Of a DNA stretch of 64,000 nt, positions 61,490 through 64,000 are shown in pieces. Both the position numbers and the translations under genes were made by a program. This DNA comes from Alphaproteobacteria bacterium. GTDB lineage: Bacteria; Pseudomonadota; Alphaproteobacteria; MPNO01; UBA830. The DNA lies in the NCBI GenBank assembly GCA_965243135.1, contig OZ251539.1:3424001-3488000 (forward strand), in the 5' to 3' direction. Each line of letters starts with the position of its first letter. The stretch's first letter is position 1. Below the pieces are notes generated by a model that saw only the letters and a list, made by a program, of their open reading frames with translations, did not search any database and had not been told where the DNA came from.

Positions 61490-62827
61490 TCAACGCGGAA
61501 CGCCCGCCTCCTTCAACGCGGACGCCTGCCGGTCCCGCAGAGCCTCCACGGAGAATCCGCCGATCAGATCGTGGAACAGCTCGTGCCAGTTGATCTCTGC
61601 CCGCAGATGGAGAAACACCGATCCGAGACCGATGGCGGCGCGATCCATCAGCACGAATTCCCGCGGCGGAGTCACGCCGCCCAGCCGCCGCAGTTCCTTG
61701 TGCACCTTTTCCGCGACGCTGGCGCCGTACATCGTGCCGTCGCTGTCCTGGATGCGGCGTTCCCGATCCTCGAGCAGCGGCCCGTACAGGAATTTCGCCC
61801 ACATGTTGAGAACGTCGATCGTCTCGTTCGCGAGGCCGTCGAACCCCCAGGTCTCGTACGCGTGCACCGCAAGGGCGCGGTCGTCCCTGTCCAGCGCGTC
61901 GTACAGATCGATGACGCCGCGGACGAACTCGGGGCGGAAGACCCGGATGCAGCCGAAATCGAGCAGGTTGACCGACGAGTCCTCGCGCACCGAATAGTTT
62001 CCGAGATGCGGGTCGCCGTGGATGATCCCGTAATAATAGAAGGGCACGTACCACGCGCGAAACATGTTCCGCGCAATCCCGTTGCGGGTCTCCCGGTCGT
62101 CCTCCGTCCGATCCAGCAACCGCGCTCCCTCCAGCCACGTCATGGTCAGAAGGCGGTTCGTCGAAAGCTCCGGCACGGGCTCGGGCACGCGAACGCCCTT
62201 CTCGCCGCGCAGCATGCGCCCGTAAAGGTCCATGTGCCGCCGCTCGCGCTCGTAATCGAGTTCTTCGCGCAGCCGGTCGGCGATCTCGCCGTGAATGTCG
62301 GTAGGATCGACCGCCCGGTCGTAGCGGTGATAGAGCGAAAAAACGACGCGGAGCTGCTTGAGATCCGCCTCCACCGCGGAGCGCATGTCGGGATATTGCA
62401 GCTTGCAGGCGAGCGCCCTTCCGTCGGGATGGACGGCCCGGTGCACCTGGCCGAGCGAGGCGGCCGCGGCGGCCTCGCGCTCGAAGCTTCGGAATTTGCC
62501 GCTCCAGTCCGCGCCGAGCTCGTTCGCCATCCGGCGGCGGACGAACAGCCACCCCATGGACGGCGCGTTCGACTGGAGCCCCGCGAGTTCCCGCGCGTAT
62601 TCCTCGGGCAGCATGTCGGGCACCGTCGACATGATCTGCGCGACCTTCATCAGCGGTCCCTTGAGCCCGCCGAGCGCCTCCCTCAACTCCGTCGCGTGAC
62701 GATCCCTGTCGAGATCGATTCCGAGATATCGCTGGCCCGCCACGCGCGCCGCCAGGCCGCCGACGGCGCGGCCCACCCGGACGTAGCGGCGGGCGCGCCG
62801 TCCCAGGGTATCGGTCTCGTCCGTCAT
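61490..62827 (-). CDS. ABC1/UbiB family atypical kinase
   Basis: LKGPLMKVAQ, AAASLGQVH, CKLQYP, IHGDPHLGN, LDFG. Confidence 0.93.
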   Translation of the reverse strand: MTDETDTLGRRARRYVRVGRAVGGLAARVAGQRYLGIDLDRDRHATELREALGGLKGPLMKVAQIMSTVPDMLPEEYARELAGLQSNAPSMGWLFVRRRMANELGADWSGKFRSFEREAAAAASLGQVHRAVHPDGRALACKLQYPDMRSAVEADLKQLRVVFSLYHRYDRAVDPTDIHGEIADRLREELDYERERRHMDLYGRMLRGEKGVRVPEPVPELSTNRLLTMTWLEGARLLDRTEDDRETRNGIARNMFRAWYVPFYYYGIIHGDPHLGNYSVREDSSVNLLDFGCIRVFRPEFVRGVIDLYDALDRDDRALAVHAYETWGFDGLANETIDVLNMWAKFLYGPLLEDRERRIQDSDGTMYGASVAEKVHKELRRLGGVTPPREFVLMDRAAIGLGSVFLHLRAEINWHELFHDLIGGFSVEALRDRQASALKEAGVPR

Positions 62828-62840
62828 GCGCTTTCGGCGA

Positions 62841-64000
62841 TCACCCGCCCGCTTCCTCGAGCTCGTCGATCAGGGCGCCGAGCGCGCCGAGCCCCTGCCG
62901 CCAGAAACCGGGGTCGGAGGCGTCGAGGCCGAAAGGCGCGAGCAGTTCCCGATGCCGCAAGGTCCCGCCCGCCCGCAGCATGTCCAGATACCGGTCCGCG
63001 AACCCGTCCGGCGCGCGCTCGTAGGCGGCGTAAAGCGAGTTCGCCAGGCAGTCGCCGAACGCATAGGCGTAGACGTAGAAGGGCGAATGAACGAAATGGG
63101 AAACGTACGCCCAGAACCAGCGATATCCCTCGCCGAGCCGGACGGCGGGCCCGAGGCTTTCCGACTGAACCTCCATCCACGCATCGCAGATTTCCTCGGC
63201 CGCGAGCTCTCCCTCGCGGCGCCGGGAGTGGATCAGGAGCTCGAATCGATGGAAGGCGATCTGGCGCATCACCGTGTTGATCCTGTCCTCGATCCTGGAC
63301 GCGAGCATGATCCGGCGGCGCGCCGGATCCTCCTCCGCGCGGAGCATCCTGCGGAAGGTCAGCGTCTCGCCGAACACGGAGGCCGTCTCGGCCAGCGTCA
63401 GCGGCGTATCCGCCATCAGGGCGCCCTGCGGGGCGGCCAGCAGCTGGTGAACGCCGTGTCCCAGCTCGTGGGCGAGAATCGTCACGTCGCGAGTCCGCCC
63501 CTGGTAGTTCAGCAGCAGGTAGGGATGCGCGGAGGTCGCCGCGGGATGGGAAAACGCGCCCGGGCTCTTGCCCGGACGGGGCGCCGCGTCGATCCACGGA
63601 TTGTCGAAGAAACGCCGGCCGAGTTCGGCGAGTTCGTTCGAGAAGTCGCCGTACGCGGCGAGAACCGTATCCCTCGCCTCCTCCCACGGCACCCGGCGGT
63701 CGTCGGCCTCCGGCAGCGGCGCGTTGCGATCCCAGTGGTCCAGAACGTCCTTTCCGAGCCAGCCCGCCTTCATCCGGTAGTAGCGATGCGAGATATCGGG
63801 AAACGCCTCCCGAACGGCCTCGGCGAGCGCGTCGACCACCTCGTCCTCCACCTGGTTCGAGAGATTGCGCGCCGATTGCGGCCGCTCGTAACGCCGCCGC
63901 CTGTCCTCTATCTCCTTGTCCTTGGCGATGGTGTTCACGATCAGGGAAAACACGCGCCCTTGCCGCGCAAGACCGTCGCCGAGCGCGTCCGCCGCCGCGC
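62841..64000 (-). CDS. pepF: M3 family oligoendopeptidase (5' part outside the window)
   Basis: GAFSHP, HPYLLLNY, AHELGHGVH, AETAS, HFVHSPFYVYAYAFG. Confidence 0.93.
   Translation of the reverse strand, partial: AAADALGDGLARQGRVFSLIVNTIAKDKEIEDRRRRYERPQSARNLSNQVEDEVVDALAEAVREAFPDISHRYYRMKAGWLGKDVLDHWDRNAPLPEADDRRVPWEEARDTVLAAYGDFSNELAELGRRFFDNPWIDAAPRPGKSPGAFSHPAATSAHPYLLLNYQGRTRDVTILAHELGHGVHQLLAAPQGALMADTPLTLAETASVFGETLTFRRMLRAEEDPARRRIMLASRIEDRINTVMRQIAFHRFELLIHSRRREGELAAEEICDAWMEVQSESLGPAVRLGEGYRWFWAYVSHFVHSPFYVYAYAFGDCLANSLYAAYERAPDGFADRYLDMLRAGGTLRHRELLAPFGLDASDPGFWRQGLGALGALIDELEEAGG

Overview
High-GC alphaproteobacterial chromosome segment (Rhodospirillales-like gene order; taxon inferred, not proven). 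The housekeeping backbone is ftsH(5' part)-tilS-cpoB-pal...tolB-tolA-tolR-tolQ-ybgC-ruvBAC-yebC-ymdB-ygfA-6S RNA-zapA; fbaB-thiE-epmA...efp-suhB-MotA/OmpA pair; rpmE, qor, DUF1013, pfkA, purEK, COQ9, def, rpsU, pncA; bioDFBA, ABC1 kinase and pepF. It is interrupted by accessory DNA. (1) A ~9.5 kb lower-GC, decayed type-3 BREX-like island (31.2-40.7 kb): brxF and brxC are fused into one 90-codon remnant and pglZ is a pseudogene, while a four-gene block is intact (AlbA_2/HATPase/wHTH protein, PglXI-like methyltransferase, ABC-type ATPase, small PD-(D/E)xK-like protein). A pseudogene paralog upstream carries a nested palindromic tandem repeat array. (2) Two paralogous AAA-ATPase/PD-(D/E)xK genes with apparently leaderless promoters and a shared upstream ~165-bp element. 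(3) An att-like 37-bp duplication of the fbaB 3' end. (4) An AT-rich two-gene islet at 55 kb. (5) A tripartite tricarboxylate transporter flanked by two ornithine-cyclodeaminase-family genes. All family assignments come from recognising motifs by eye; no searches were run.
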